A stretch of 64,000 bases of DNA from Spirochaetia bacterium (GCA_034520965.1 JAXHMY010000002.1:416001-480000), one strand, 5' to 3'; shown: positions 48,201-60,373, numbered from the stretch's first letter. Translations and numbers: made by a program. Notes: generated from the sequence alone by a model not told the origin.

Positions 48201-50403
48201 CTTATCGTTCCGTCGATTTCAGCCGTCTTGAGAAAATAGTTCAGATCCTGAAAAGTGGTGAGGGTGTCCTTACTTGGTTTCGTTGTTCCCCTTTTGCTCT
48301 CCATGACGATACTGCCGGACATAGCAAAATAGTCGCGATCGTTGTCCTCATCTTCCCCGACCACCAGCGCGTTTGAGGTATTCTTTACATCATGAATACG
48401 AAACTCCATGCCGAAGGCGGTAAAACTCTTCGGTTCGCTCTCGGTATAGCTAAAGCCCTTTCCCTCTATACCGTTTGATCTTACCACCAGCCCTGCAATT
48501 TGCCATAACTTCTTTATTATCAAGCTTAGGAAGGGCCAGTTTGGCATTTACGAATATCCGCGAAGTATCCTGACCGTCAAAGCTGACCTTTTTAATTTTC
48601 AGATAGTCGTTGGCCACCGTTACAAAGGTCTCTTCCCCTTCCGCCTCTTTTTCCACTGTTCCGCTTTTAATTTTCGGGGTGGTGGGGTTGTCATTTCATC
48701 ACGGAGGCCGCCAGATCAGTTACCGTTACGTCGCTAATTTCGGTATCTTCCAGAGAAAGCAGTTTCATTTTGGCGGTCCCGGTAAAGGAAAACTCCTCGT
48801 ACCCGGCACGATCGCTGGTCGCATGGTAGCCTGGCGCGACGAGGTCGGTGATTTGCTACGTGCTCCACCAGGGTTAGCGGGTCCGGTGGAAACGGCGGGC
48901 GTTCGTCGCTTATGGTATAAGTGGCTTCAGCCAGAAAGCTGGACCAGGATGGTTAATCTGCACTTTGACTGTGTGGTCTCCCGGATCGTCGGTGGGGACT
49001 TCGCCTCAATGATCGGAATTCGGTAGTTCCGTCGATGTTCACCGAAAAAGAGCTTTCTCTCGGTGCAGGTGGTTTTTGCTGGCGTCGACCTAAAATTTCA
49101 CCGGTGATAATTCCGCTGCCGGTGGCCTGTACCTGCGCGCCCCGGGCGTTCTGGACCTGGTGCCCCGGCGTAGTACGGCGATGTGGGCAGTTCTACCTCG
49201 ATGCCGCGTAACCTGTAAGAGTCCGAGGGCAGCGCCGCGCTGACGGTTGCATCAAGATTCGCCGCCGTTTCTACGGGGTTTCCGTAGGCATCGGAACCGC
49301 GGATTATGCAGGTCAAGCACCGCCGTACCGCCCTGCCCGCCGGCAAGGGCTTTGGCACGGTCGAATTCATCAAGCTGTACTGTTCGCTCCAGGGCATGCG
49401 GTCCCGCCGCGGGCCAGTGAAATAGACACATTTTCCGTTGGTCCCGCGGAGGTCCCGTAGGAGGGAAAACTTTCTCAACTACTGCGGGCGATTGTGCGTA
49501 CTGCCCGACCCAGCCGCGCCAATTTCAAGTTCGACATCCTGCTCTGTTTTCACCCTCTTCAGACTGCAGGCTCTGCGGTTCTGTCTTCGAGTTAGCGGTG
49601 GAGTCCGGAAAGATTCACACTGGTTAGTTCGGATTCTGAATAAGAGCCGGTATTTCCAGCCCCGTCGGTAGCCCTTACCCTGAAGCTGTAATTTTGTCCG
49701 TTCTGTCCTTGAAAGTATGCCTCGGTTGCGCTTGTCTGTTGCTGCCAATTGAGTCCAGTTGGTTTTGTCGGTGTATTACTGCACATCGTAAGAACTAATT
49801 ATTCAGGCGTCCTCGTTACCACTCCATGCCACCAAAAAGGGATTCTGGGTTCCTGGGGAGACGCGAGAGCATCAATTGAAGCGGTAGGCGCGGTCGAGCC
49901 GACGTGGAAACCGTCGGAATAGGCGGGATTACTTTCTGCGGCTAATTAGTCCTCCTGCGGAGCTCCGAGCTCACGACCAGGATGACAGAATCTGGCCACT
50001 ACCTGACCCGGTACTCCAACTCGCTGAGGTCGAGTGTCTTCGTTGACACTGTTGTCTGGGTTGGAGGTAGTATGCGGCCATGTACTTTGAGCTCTACTTC
50101 TATACGTGACCGGCGGACACCTGCTTTGCCAGCCGGAGCCGGTCGTTTTTTTCTAAATCGACCCGGTATACTAATGTCGTCACCAGTTGACTGGGTCGGC
50201 AGAACTTGCGCTGTCCCAGCTGCGGCGCAGTCCCAGTTCGCGCTGTAGCCGGCGATGGTAGCCGTGTGCATGATCGACGTCACTCTCCGGTACCGTCATT
50301 CACCTGTGTAGGAGCGTGTAAGGCAAGCAGTGGAACTAAGGGGAACCACAGAACCAGAAGAGCCCATAAGAAGATAACGAATTATCCTAGGCCCTGGTTT
50401 CAT
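42291..50403 (-). CDS. Giant exported FN3/Ig-like multidomain protein, ~8.1 kb (heavily frameshifted; could be more than one gene)
   Basis: Signal-like start; YSANWD, YSFRVRATDGAGN, repeated D.ESG...Y.Y..GT and RA.NG.G motifs; continuous minus-strand coding fragments. Confidence 0.6.
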
Positions 50404-50579
50404 TTTTGCTCTCTTTTTATAGATTACGTTGTAGTAATTGTGGCACCATTCGCCGGGGTTTCAAGTTTTTTATTAACTTTTTAAAAACTTGGATCATTTT
50501 CTTTTATTTTTGACAGTATAAATTTATAGACTTTCTAAAAATAATTGACTTATTCTAAACCTAATATTATTGGTCCGCT

Positions 50580-51699
50580 ATAGCACAGGTTACACACAGC
50601 TTTGGGCAAAAAAACAGGCCCTTCAAAGAACTTGTTGTAACCCAAACGCCGCCCGCCGTTCCCGACGGCTACCGGGTACCACGCCCGCAGAAAGGCCTAA
50701 GCTGCCCCTGGAGGGTTTCGATGATATGGGTAATACCGGTGCGATCTCTGCCCCGTGTCGTCGCCGGAGGATGCCGGGGTCGTCGTCGTACCACTCCTGG
50801 GTCTGCTCGGTCACCGCCCGCAGATACAGCAGCCCCGCCGGTCACACTTACATCGGACCGGTACTGCCGGAGTTCCCCGGCCAGCGGTAGGTCAGCGAAT
50901 CATTCGCTCTCTACCCCCGCCCCCGAAGCCCGCGGCGGTGGAGAGCTTGTTGCGCAGCACATGGTCGTCCCGGTCGCTCACATACGTCAGCTGGGGCAGC
51001 AGACTCAGTTCCAGCTGGGGAAACTTGCGGTCAGGCTGCCAGCGCAGCACCGCGCCGGCGGCCACCCGGTGATACAGCGCTGTGTATTTCAAGAGCCTTC
51101 CCCTCGTAGTCACTATAATACAGTTCAAAAGCGGGGGGATTATCGGCATCGCCACTTGAAACAAGCACATACTGCCAGCCGCTGTAGCCGAGGGCATTCT
51201 GAGAGATATACTGAAATGAATACCCCAGACTCCCGAAGAGGCCGGCGTCCCGGGCAGAAAAACAGCCGCTTTTCAACCCCACCTTCCGCTTCGAAAGAAA
51301 ATCATCTCGGCCTCCGACTCGGTATAACTGAATTTGATCAGGCGGCACGCCTTCAACCAGATACCAGTCGTGGTCCTTCGACACACCCCAGGGGCCGCTG
51401 ACCGCAGTTCCGGCCGAAAGATGAAACCGCCATTCATCCATCCCACCGCCTCGGAGGGCGTGTCGCTGCTCAGCCCCGGCGCGAGCATGTTCAAAGGAAA
51501 CTGCAGCCGGCTCTTCACCCCGCTTGCAAGAAGCGTATACTCGGTCGAACCAAGCACCACTTCCGTATACGGTGCAACGGTAAATCGCGTCTACCTTACC
51601 CTTCACCTGGCCCCTGTCTTCTGCGCTCCACCATACCGTGGAAAATAGACACATCATCGCAACAAAAGCTAACACTTTCAGATCGCCAGGCCTGTTCAC
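50580..51699 (-). CDS. Exported hypothetical protein (frameshifted; end approximate)
   Basis: GGAGG RBS + GTG, signal-like segment. Confidence 0.5.
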
Positions 51700-51869
51700 A
51701 ATGCCCCTCCATGTCGCTTTCGTATTACTAAAATACTAAGCTTTGGGGCCACAGGTCAATTTTGTATACATCTCCGTTTCTTTCCAGTCACCATCTCTGG
51801 ATATCAGATACAGCATTGAAAATGCAACAAAACACTTCCTACTCAGGACAGGAATTCTGGTTTCGGAAA

Positions 51870-52037
51870 GGGGATTCGGGCGCATCCCCGCGCTCCGGCG
51901 CGCTGCGCCTCCACCCGGGAACCGGGTGCTCCGCTGCAACGCTTCGCCGCCGCTTTTCGCGGCCTCGTACCAGCTCACTCCCGCTCGCTGCTCGGCCCCT
52001 GCGGCGGCTGCCAGGTTTCCGCTGCGCCCCCCTGCGC
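51870..52037. repeat. GC-rich multi-hairpin REP/MITE-like intergenic element
   Basis: GGGGAT..ATCCCC, GCGC..GCGC and CACCCGG..CCGGGTG hairpins in an otherwise AT-rich context. Confidence 0.45.
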
Positions 52038-52062
52038 AAGAATGCACACTGTGTGGGTGGTA

Positions 52063-52481
52063 CTACTCATATTCCAATATATTTTTAATCATTTCTTTTT
52101 CAAATTGTTCTATACATATAGTAGTCGGAATCAATGGTTATAATCTCTTTTAATATTCAGATTTCTCTGAAAGAACCACTAAAGACGCATCTGCTAAATC
52201 CATCGGGATATCAGAATATTTCTCCGACAAGGCAATTATCCGATCTATATCATTTATTTTCACTTCTTCTATTAGCACACCGCCAAGTCGAATCCATTTG
52301 AACAAATCAATTTGTACTTGTACATTAAAATCCAACATATGTGAGGCTTCTGTTGCTACCGGCCAACTTGTTATCAATGTACTTTTATATGTTTTTCAAA
52401 ACCCTTGACAATTTTATGATATTTATCATTTTTATTAAAAAGTGCAATGATAGGCCCTGCATCAATGAGCGTGCTTTTCAT
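52063..52481 (-). CDS. PIN-domain (VapC) toxin (frameshifted)
   Basis: MKSTLIDAGPIIALF..D.YH, V.TE, MDLADASLV, ITID.D. Confidence 0.88.
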
Positions 52482-52710
52482 TCATTTTTTCCTTCACTTT
52501 TTTCTTATAATTCTCTGATATGCTTTCTCCACTTCCATAATTACCAAAAAAATCTTTTCCAATTTCATAGGAACTCTCTCTCTTGCACATGTTGGTTGTA
52601 ATATTCGATAATGGCCTTTTTTATAATTTTCAGATTTAGAGCTTTTCTCTCTTTCAATGAGTACCGAAAAGTTTACTCTCGATATCTTTATTGAGTCTTA
52701 CTGTAGTCAT
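52478..52710 (-). CDS. RHH/CopG-type antitoxin (frameshifted)
   Basis: MTTVRLNKDIE start immediately upstream of the PIN gene; GTATTAC-N5-GTAATAC palindrome at 52722-52740. Confidence 0.7.
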
Positions 52711-52819
52711 ATCCACACCTCGTATTACTTAATGTAATACACTCTTTATACTTTATCGATCTGTTTTGTAAACTACCAGCGATTTGAGCAGGTAGAGTCA
52801 GATCTGATTGCCGATTTTT

Positions 52820-53104
52820 TTAAATCAGCTTTTTATGTTGCTTTCTGCTGGGTAAACCGTTTTCCAATAATTCTGTATATTTCTTCTTTACTCTCTTTCC
52901 AATTTCCCAAATTTCAATGATCTCAATCTGCGACGGAGAAATTAAGCGATATACAATTCTGTAACTTTTTTTTGCAATATAGATTTTAAAGGAGCCGGTT
53001 AAATCGATATTAAACTTGTTTCCCAGTTGTTCCCTAGAAAGGGATTTTCGGCCAATTCATCAATCTTTTTGAGCTTCCGGGATATGGACAACTTTATAGC
53101 TCAT
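52820..53104 (-). pseudogene. RelE/ParE toxin, apparently internally deleted
   Basis: IDELAENP..G..LGNK...DLTG...YRIVYR...IGKR; N-terminal helix seems missing and frame is broken. Confidence 0.7.
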
Positions 53105-53376
53105 ACCTCTTCTCGAATTTCTTCCCACTCTTTGTTGTAAGAGGCATTGTATGTAGAAAGCCTCTCTTCAATAACAGTCTTTATTTCCATTTGCTCAAAC
53201 ATCTCTTCCAAATTATGAAGATGTTCATACTCTTCAAAAGAGAGCATAACAGCTTCCATGTTGTTGTTTTTGAGTATGTAGAGAGCTTCTCCGGTTTTAG
53301 ACACTTCTCTTACCTTTTTCGTAAGTTCTTTCTGCAACTTCTTTACCGGTATCATTTTATTCGTTTCTAATAACAT
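53101..53376 (-). CDS. Phd/YefM antitoxin
   Basis: YILKNN..EAVMLSFEEYE. Confidence 0.85.
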   Translation of the reverse strand: MLLETNKMIPVKKLQKELTKKVREVSKTGEALYILKNNNMEAVMLSFEEYEHLHNLEEMFEQMEIKTVIEERLSTYNASYNKEWEEIREEV

Positions 53377-53425
53377 AGCTACCTCTTATAAGGAATTTTA
53401 TTACACAAAAATATACTGCACAGGT

Positions 53426-53713
53426 CTACGTGTGCACAGTGATCTGCAAACCAAGTGCCTTTGCAACTTTCGCGACTGTGGTGAACGTCGGGTTGCCCTC
53501 CGGTGACAAAGCTTTATACAGACCTTCTCGGGTCAGTCCTGTGTCTCTTGCAAGTTGGCTCATATTCTTGGCACGCGCAATAACACTCAGCGCATGCACT
53601 ATGAAGGCAGGATCATCACCTGCTTCTTCGATGCAGGCATCAAGATACAGTTGAATGTCTTCTTCTGTTTCAAGGTGCTCTGCTGAATCCCAGCGTTTCG
53701 TTTTGATACCCAT
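53426..53713 (-). CDS. Addiction-module antidote HTH protein (HI1420-like)
   Basis: WD.AEHL...MSQLARDTGLTREGLYKALS..GNP. Confidence 0.92.
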   Translation of the reverse strand: MGIKTKRWDSAEHLETEEDIQLYLDACIEEAGDDPAFIVHALSVIARAKNMSQLARDTGLTREGLYKALSPEGNPTFTTVAKVAKALGLQITVHT

Positions 53714-53716
53714 GGC

Positions 53717-54013
53717 CTAAACCTCCAACTGCTTGGCAATTTTTTTTGCTTTAGCAATATCGTCCTTCTGAGAACTTTTGTCGCCTCCCGATAGAAGTAT
53801 CACGACTACAGCATTCCTTTGTACAAAGTAGACTCTATAACCAGGACCATAGAAGATTCGCAATTCACTCACACCTTCCCCTACCGGTGCTACATCGCCA
53901 AAATGCCCCATCTCGACTCTATCAATCCTGGCCTGGATTCGAGCCTTTGCCCTTCGATCCTTGAGTGATTTGAACCATTTCACAAAAGGAACTGTCTGCC
54001 TGACTTCTATCAT
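53717..54013 (-). CDS. RelE/ParE-like addiction-module toxin (HI1419-like)
   Basis: GHFGD...VGEGVSELRI.YGPGYRVYF...GGDKSSQ. Confidence 0.92.
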   Translation of the reverse strand: MIEVRQTVPFVKWFKSLKDRRAKARIQARIDRVEMGHFGDVAPVGEGVSELRIFYGPGYRVYFVQRNAVVVILLSGGDKSSQKDDIAKAKKIAKQLEV

Positions 54014-54020
54014 ATGTTAT

Positions 54021-54064
54021 ATTGTAGTTAATAGACCGACTTATGTCAACTGTGGTTTACAGTT
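54021..54064 (-). promoter_or_regulatory. Sigma70 promoter with overlapping palindrome
   Basis: TTGACA-17-TACAAT, 7 nt before the ATG; AACTGT-N5-ACAGTT overlapping the -35. Confidence 0.65.
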
Positions 54065-54214
54065 CAGCCTGAGCTGCTAATTCTGCTGGAGCGATATGTT
54101 CTGCCAACTGAGTCTCCCGATTTTCTCATCTCTTCCTTCCCTCGGACAAAAAATGAAGGAGGTTTTATAGTAAAACTCTTTGACAGAGGCCACATCATAT
54201 CAGAATTGCTGCAC

Positions 54215-56304
54215 TCAAGAGTATTTCAGATAGGTGACCTCGAAAGCCCTACAGCGGCGGGTATCCTGAACACTGTTCTGCAGGCTAAAAGCGTCTCTCC
54301 TGTCGAAGGGCTGAAAAATGTCCAAACCGCGGTCGAGTATGATCTTCCATCCGCTGTCCGCCGCAATGTAGCGGGTATGCAGAGAGGAATCGTCGCTGAT
54401 GGTGTATGAGAACCTGACGGCGCTTCCCTCGAACTCTTCGGCAACTTGACTCAGCAGGTCCTCCTGGTCCCCCTCATTGCCGGCCCCCCTGCCGGTGAGG
54501 AGAGTTACCGATACCTCCTCCCCTACCTCCTGCAGCTGCATGAGCATCTGTAAAAACTCGAAGAGGTTTTTTACCTGGTGAAAGTTGCGTATGTAGGGGT
54601 CGACGAGTTCTATCGATTTGGCTCCCCGCAGGTACGGAGAAGAGGTTCAAATAGGATATTCCCGATTCGTTTTCCTCGACCACCCGTTGGGTTCCGGAGG
54701 ACATCGCTTGGGCCGCCTCCTCTCCCCTCGCTTCCCGCTTCCCGGCTACCTCTTCCGTGTTGGTATCCACCGCTGTATCACTAGCGGCTGCAGCGTCGGA
54801 GTCGCTGCCTTTAGACTCCATCTGCGTCAGTGTGGGGTAATTTCTCTCCTCGAGGGTCGTGATAATGTGTTCCTTCGAGGAGGAAAGGTCCCGATAGGCG
54901 AAACGACGGTATTCGAAGGTTTCATCGATGCGGATAAGCTGGTTGTAGACCCGCTTTCTCCCCTCTATGGCAAAACAAAGTATCGCCTCCACCTCCTCCT
55001 TAGAGGCGTCGTGGGCGGGAAAGAGAATCTTGAGGAGTCCGCTGGTCGTTTTCTCGATCGACGTCCTGTCTCGGGCGGAGAGGCCCTTGTCGAGTTCGAA
55101 AATTTCCGGTAGTCCTCGGCGTAATCCAAACCGCGCAGCTGTTTCAGGGTCTCGGCAAAGTAGTCGACGATAAAGCCGTATCCGTCGGTTAGCAGCTCGT
55201 TTCTGAGGATAGAGACCTCCCATCCCGGGAGGTAGAAGTGGAGGCGGTCGATAAATGCCGCATCGTGGTAGGCCGCCGGCAGTTCCTCGAAGAGGTCTGT
55301 GTGCTTGAGCATGTACGCCACGGACCTCTTGGTATTGCCGACAAAGGCGAATGAGGCGGCGGCGCTCTGGGTTTCCCTTCCTCGGGAGAAGCTCTTGTTG
55401 GCGAGGTAGTTCTTCATTACATCCACGAGGCTCTTGTCCGAGCGCTTTTCTGTCCGGCGAACTCGTCGAAGGCTACCGTGTCCCAGTAGCCCACCAAACC
55501 CAGTTTCCCGGAGCTGTTGTTGACAAAGAGCTTGGCGAGGGTAACCTCACCGCCGGAGATGAGTATGCCGTGGGGGGAGAATTCGGAATAGATGTGGGAT
55601 TTACCGGTTCCCTTTGGGCCGAGTTCGATAAGGTTGTAGTTGTTCTCACAATAGGGGATGAGCCGGGAGATAAGTAAGAGTTTTTCCCGCTCCCCGAAGA
55701 GTTCGGCGTGAAAGCCCATACTCTGTACCAGTATGTCCGTCCATTCGGCAAGGGAGAAACGGCTCCTTCCGGCGGCGTAGGAGTCGAAATCGAAGTGGGA
55801 AACCTGGATCGGTTTCAGGTTTTCGATAGACCACGGCCCGGCCTGAGAATCTTCGTGGTGCTGATACACTACGTCGATAATCGACCAGACCCCACCTACG
55901 AGGAGCTTAGGGTGCTTAGTAATATAATCGCTTTCTATGGGTACCGAAGTAAGGCCCAGATTCATAAAACCGGCCTCGTAGCGGTCCAGTTTGTCGTTGA
56001 GGTCTACGGTAATTCTGTCGATAACCCGGAAGCTGCCCCGCTCCTTTATCCTGGAGCGAACCAGGTTTGCCTGGTTTCTTACTACGTAGTGGTCTTGGAG
56101 GATCTTCTGGACCTGCTCTATCCCTTTTTCTATAATCGCCTCGTCGTTGGTGGCACAGTACTGCCCAAGCAGGTACTCCAGCACATACACAGGAACCAGT
56201 GCATTCCCCTTTACCAGACGGGAGAGGTCCTTGCGGACAATAAAACCGGGAAATGCCTCCATGAGTTTTGCATCCAGTTCAGAAACCGGTTCAGATGTGG
56301 CCAT
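54215..56304 (-). CDS. brxL: BREX BrxL-like ATPase with C-terminal MIT_C/PLD-like domain instead of Lon protease (frameshifted)
   Basis: VRKDL...VPVYVLEYLLGQYC, ELGPKGTGKSH, VAFDEFA, AFIDRLH..PGWE; tail LHTRYI..D.GWKI.LDRGLDIFQ. Confidence 0.9.
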
Positions 56305-56328
56305 AAGCTCTCCCTCTCCAATAGTACA

Positions 56329-58859
56329 TCAAAAATCCCGCTCACCGAAGGTCTGATAGGTAAAGTCGACCTTTGTATAGGGTACACTCGTTCCGCCTAT
56401 TCGTTTTTCGAGCACGAGCCGTATGAGCTTTCCGTTGTAAGAGTTTACCTGAGGTCCAAAGTGAAATTCGGCGGAACTGCCGCGGTTCTGTGCATTTGGG
56501 TCTGCGGAGTCGAAGCTCATCTCTATGCGGTCGCTCAAAAGCGTTCCATCCTCGGCTGCAAAAAATACGCTCACCTGCAGGGGGTGACGTTTCTCCGAGA
56601 CGGGCTCCTCTTGGAAAAAATTGACTGTATATACGGGAGTGGTGATAACGGTGTTCGCGGGAACCATTATTGCGACCCCCACGGTCTCGACATCGTCTTT
56701 TCTCCCGACCCGTACACGAATCAGCGGCACGGTTACCTCCTGCAGGGAGAGGCCGCCATGGACGAAGCGTGTTCCGCCGCCCTGTTTTCGTATCCTGTAG
56801 AGCCCCTCTGCAAAGTGAAGGGAAGAGGAGCTGTCCATGTTCGTCACAGACGATGAGGGAGTGAAGAAATGCGCTCCCGGGGTATCGTCGCTCATGAGGT
56901 ACCGGCGGTCCTTGTAGCCGTAGGCGGGGTTTTCCGCGGCCAGCATATGTGCCTCCGCGGGTTTTTCGTTCTGGTAGAGAAAGCCGTGGTCGGCGGTAAT
57001 GAGTATATGGGTCCTGTTCAGCTGGGTGGCAAACTTTTTTACGATCCCTACAAGTGTATCGAGCTCGGAAGCTACCGCATCGGGAAGGGACGCCTCTGTC
57101 TTTGCATTGTCCGCCGCGGCGTCTATACCGTTGCTGTAGAGGTACAGCAGGTCGACCCCCGATATCAGTTCCCTCGCGGCGGCAGTGGGAAGCCTCAAAA
57201 GACGGTCTGCCCAAAATGCCGCCGCCTGCTTGCCCTTAATGTGGGAGGCAACATACTCACCCAGGTATTTCGACCTGCCCTCTATTCCGGCGATAAGCTG
57301 TCCGTCTATCCGCACTTCTCCGTTCTTCTCTATTCTGAAGGGTCTCGTGGGGGAGGAGCGCGTTCATCCCCACCGAGGTAACGGTCGGTACAGCCGCCGC
57401 CTGCCGGTTCGACTGCCGCCTGTATCCTGTTGAGGCCTGATAACCGTTCCTCTGAGCTCGCATCCCGCCTCGTAGCGCAGCGCATCGCTTATTACCACCA
57501 CCAGTTTTTCTCCGCGCTTAAGGGCCGGCCTCACCACATCCTTAAAGAATCTCTCCTGCAGTTTTGCATCGGTGGGGATGGGGCCGGCGCTTTCGCGAAC
57601 CTTCTTGTCCCAGATTTCCGCCAAGGGCTGAAGAAAGTGCTGGGAATACCTGCCCTCCAGTCGTCCTACAATAGGTGAAAGGGAACCGAGACTGCCGGCC
57701 GATCTGTAGGCCGAAAGAGATCTCCGGTACAGCGAGTCCAGGCGATACAATTTTTGAGTATACCGATTAAAGAGTTCGTTCTGGCTTCCCGGCGAAAGGT
57801 CCGCCCGGCGCAGTTCCTTCTCGAAGTCGATATACGAAACGATAAGGGAGTAGATGGAATGGATGGACCCTGTTCCCTCTTTCCCCGCACCGCCGCGCAA
57901 TCGATCGGCGGCTGTCTTTCGTATAAAGTCGGCCTCTGCATGGGGCTCGAGTACCTGCTCTACCAGTTTTTTTGCCAGCTCGGAATCGACGGCGGGAAAA
58001 AGAGACAGCTCGGCAAGCCGCTTAACCGGGTACGAGGCAATCTGTGCGGATATGCCGAGGGCCTTCTGGACGTATTCGGCCATTGCGTAATAGCGCCGGT
58101 CGGCGGAAAAACCGTCTCGCCACTGCTGCAGGAGGAGTCGGCAGCTTCTGCCGGCGGCGGAGACCTCCTCTCCGGTTTCGAGTGTCCAGGCACGGCGGAA
58201 GACCTCCAGTACCGCGCCCAGGGGGGTAATCGTCTCAGATATTTCGGGTATGTAGGCCGTCAGTTCCTCCCTGAACCAGGAGTCCAGGTCGAACTTTACC
58301 ACCGCATTCCATCGTGGCGCGCTGCCGTTCAGCTCCTCCTCGGCGCATTCAAAAAGAATATTCTCGAAACTCTCAACACCCTGCCTCTTTCCTCCTCGGG
58401 TGAAGAGACAAGAATGCGTATCATCTTTCGGGCCAGGCTCTGTTCGGTCTCCTGTGTGGCGTCTAGTATCTCCTGCAGCGGCAGAAAGCGTTCTTTGCTG
58501 TTGCGGAAAAAGGCGACATGCCTCTGAAAAACTCCCGGAAACCGGGGTCGAGGCCGCACTCCTCCCGATAGGTTTCGGAGAGGTCGTGGCTGAAAACAAA
58601 ACCGATAAAGAGGAGGTCTAAAAGCCAGTTGTGCTCATCCTCGGGCCGGGGAGGGGATGTAGATGAGAAAATGCTGCCGCGGTTTTTCCTCGAGCAAATG
58701 GTACTTTATCCACCACTCGTTGTTCTCCGCCTCGAGTACTTCCGCTTCTGTATCGAGCTCCTCCAGAATCCCGCGGTGGGTGGACTGCGGGTCGTACCAG
58801 AACACGAGGCGATGTGTGTCGGTGTGGCTGCGGATTGCCGCTTTTATTTTTTCGTACAT
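56329..58859 (-). CDS. pglZ: BREX PglZ alkaline-phosphatase-fold protein (frameshifted)
   Basis: RLVFWYDP, VVISDALRYE, ITADHGF, FVHGG.SLQE. Confidence 0.92.
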
Positions 58860-58872
58860 ATAGTGCTCGCTT

Positions 58873-59862
58873 CTACTCTTCAAATGCCAGGGTATAGGAG
58901 ATTTTATGGGCATGTTCCGTCTCTTTCCAGGCCCGAAGGCTGTGAGTATAGGCCGATAGCTCTTGTGCCGTTGCCTTGTTCCAGCGGTTTATCACCTTTT
59001 TGATTGTTTCGATTTCATCGTCAGAAAACGAGTGTTTTTGAGAAGCTTTTGCGCGCCGGCGCCGGCTTCTATGGTACTGCTTCCGTCATCGTAATCCCGT
59101 GTTTCGATATAGCCGTTCCGTTAGGCCGCCTGGAGCAGCTTTTTGTATTCCTGTGGGACGGGTCCATACGGTAATCGCGCATAGGGCCATCCGCTCAAGC
59201 TTACCGTATACCTTTGAAAATGCTCGTAATCCACCAGAAATGCAATTTTAAGCAGTTTGGTTTTGTAGACTTTTCCCGTCATTGCCAAAATGTAGCCCAA
59301 GAGCTCTTCCATCCTCTGGATATCAGGCTTCGAAACCCTGTATATTCATCCGGATTTTCGTGTACTGCAAACATTTTTTCTTCCACCATGTATGGACTTG
59401 GATACGCTTCAAGGTGCTTATTATTTTTCTCTGCGTCGGTCCTATGAGGTTCTGCCGTTTTAAGAACATTTTCTTGAATGTATCAGGGTCTCCGGCTGCG
59501 CGATAGAGCACAGAGTTGGCTGTTGTGGGAACCTCTCCCTGTTCGTAGGTGTTGATAGTACTCTCGCCGAGACCAAGAATAATGCCGAAGGGTTTTTGTC
59601 CTGCTCCATAGCCTTCACGTATCGAGCGAATCTCGGTGGGAGTTACAAGATCATGTTTCTTCCTGTAGCTCTCCCGTATATCCGTACAGCTCTACTGCCT
59701 GAACAGCTGTAGAGAGTTCTTCTCCACATACGGTGCAAACTGAGAGCTCATGGGGAACCCTAACCGACTCGCCCCTGTAGGTGTAGGTTTCCTCACGAGT
59801 AACTATTTTAACAGCTTGTACTTTTCCGCATTGTGGGCAGAGGGCTTTCCTGTTCGCACCAT
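58873..59862 (-). CDS. MqsA-like antitoxin: Zn finger + HTH + DUF4065/SocA-like domain (frameshifted)
   Basis: CPQCG...CTVCGE; P.EIRSIRE.YG...LGLG...I..YEQG..P; KTKLLK.AF..D...Y..LPYGPVP; ELSAYTH...W. Confidence 0.8.
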
Positions 59863-60191
59863 CCCTTCCTCGTGGAAAGATCTTATCTCCAGATAATCCT
59901 GATTATCTGCGCTCAGTGAGAAATACCTTCACATACATCTTCTTACCATTATACATAGGGAAAAAATCCACACTTCTCCAGTAGAAATTTCTTATCATGT
60001 GATACTGGTCCTGCAATACGATCGCCCGGTTGTAAGCCGAAGCAGATATTTTTCACATCCCTCATTGAAAGATCTAAGGCCGACATCGACTGTAAATTCT
60101 TCTGTCTGGGAGCTAAGGTTATCCGCTCCGGGGTGTTCCACATTTTCTTAAGGCGCAGAAGAAACAATTGTACCTGTATCGTCTCATTCAC
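59850..60191 (-). CDS. MqsR-like toxin (frameshifted; end approximate)
   Basis: R.KNLQ.M..L...GP..D...W.F...YVK...SFHE; AAACCGG..CCGGTTT palindrome upstream at 60204-60229. Confidence 0.72.
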
Positions 60192-60373
60192 AGTATACTC
60201 TCTAAACCGGTATAAATCAATGCCGGTTTTATAATATTTATTGGACCTACCGGCACCTCTCTGAAGATGATCGTCTATATATGTTATGCAGTAATGTCTT
60301 TATGAACAGCACTTTTTATAAGCTCTTTTTCTTCCTCATCAAGACCAGAGACCAATTATCTAAGAGAAATTTT

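Noticed and set aside
55708..58527. Long plus-strand ORFs (382, 170, 257 aa)
   Set aside because: Antisense shadows of the GC-rich pglZ and brxL genes
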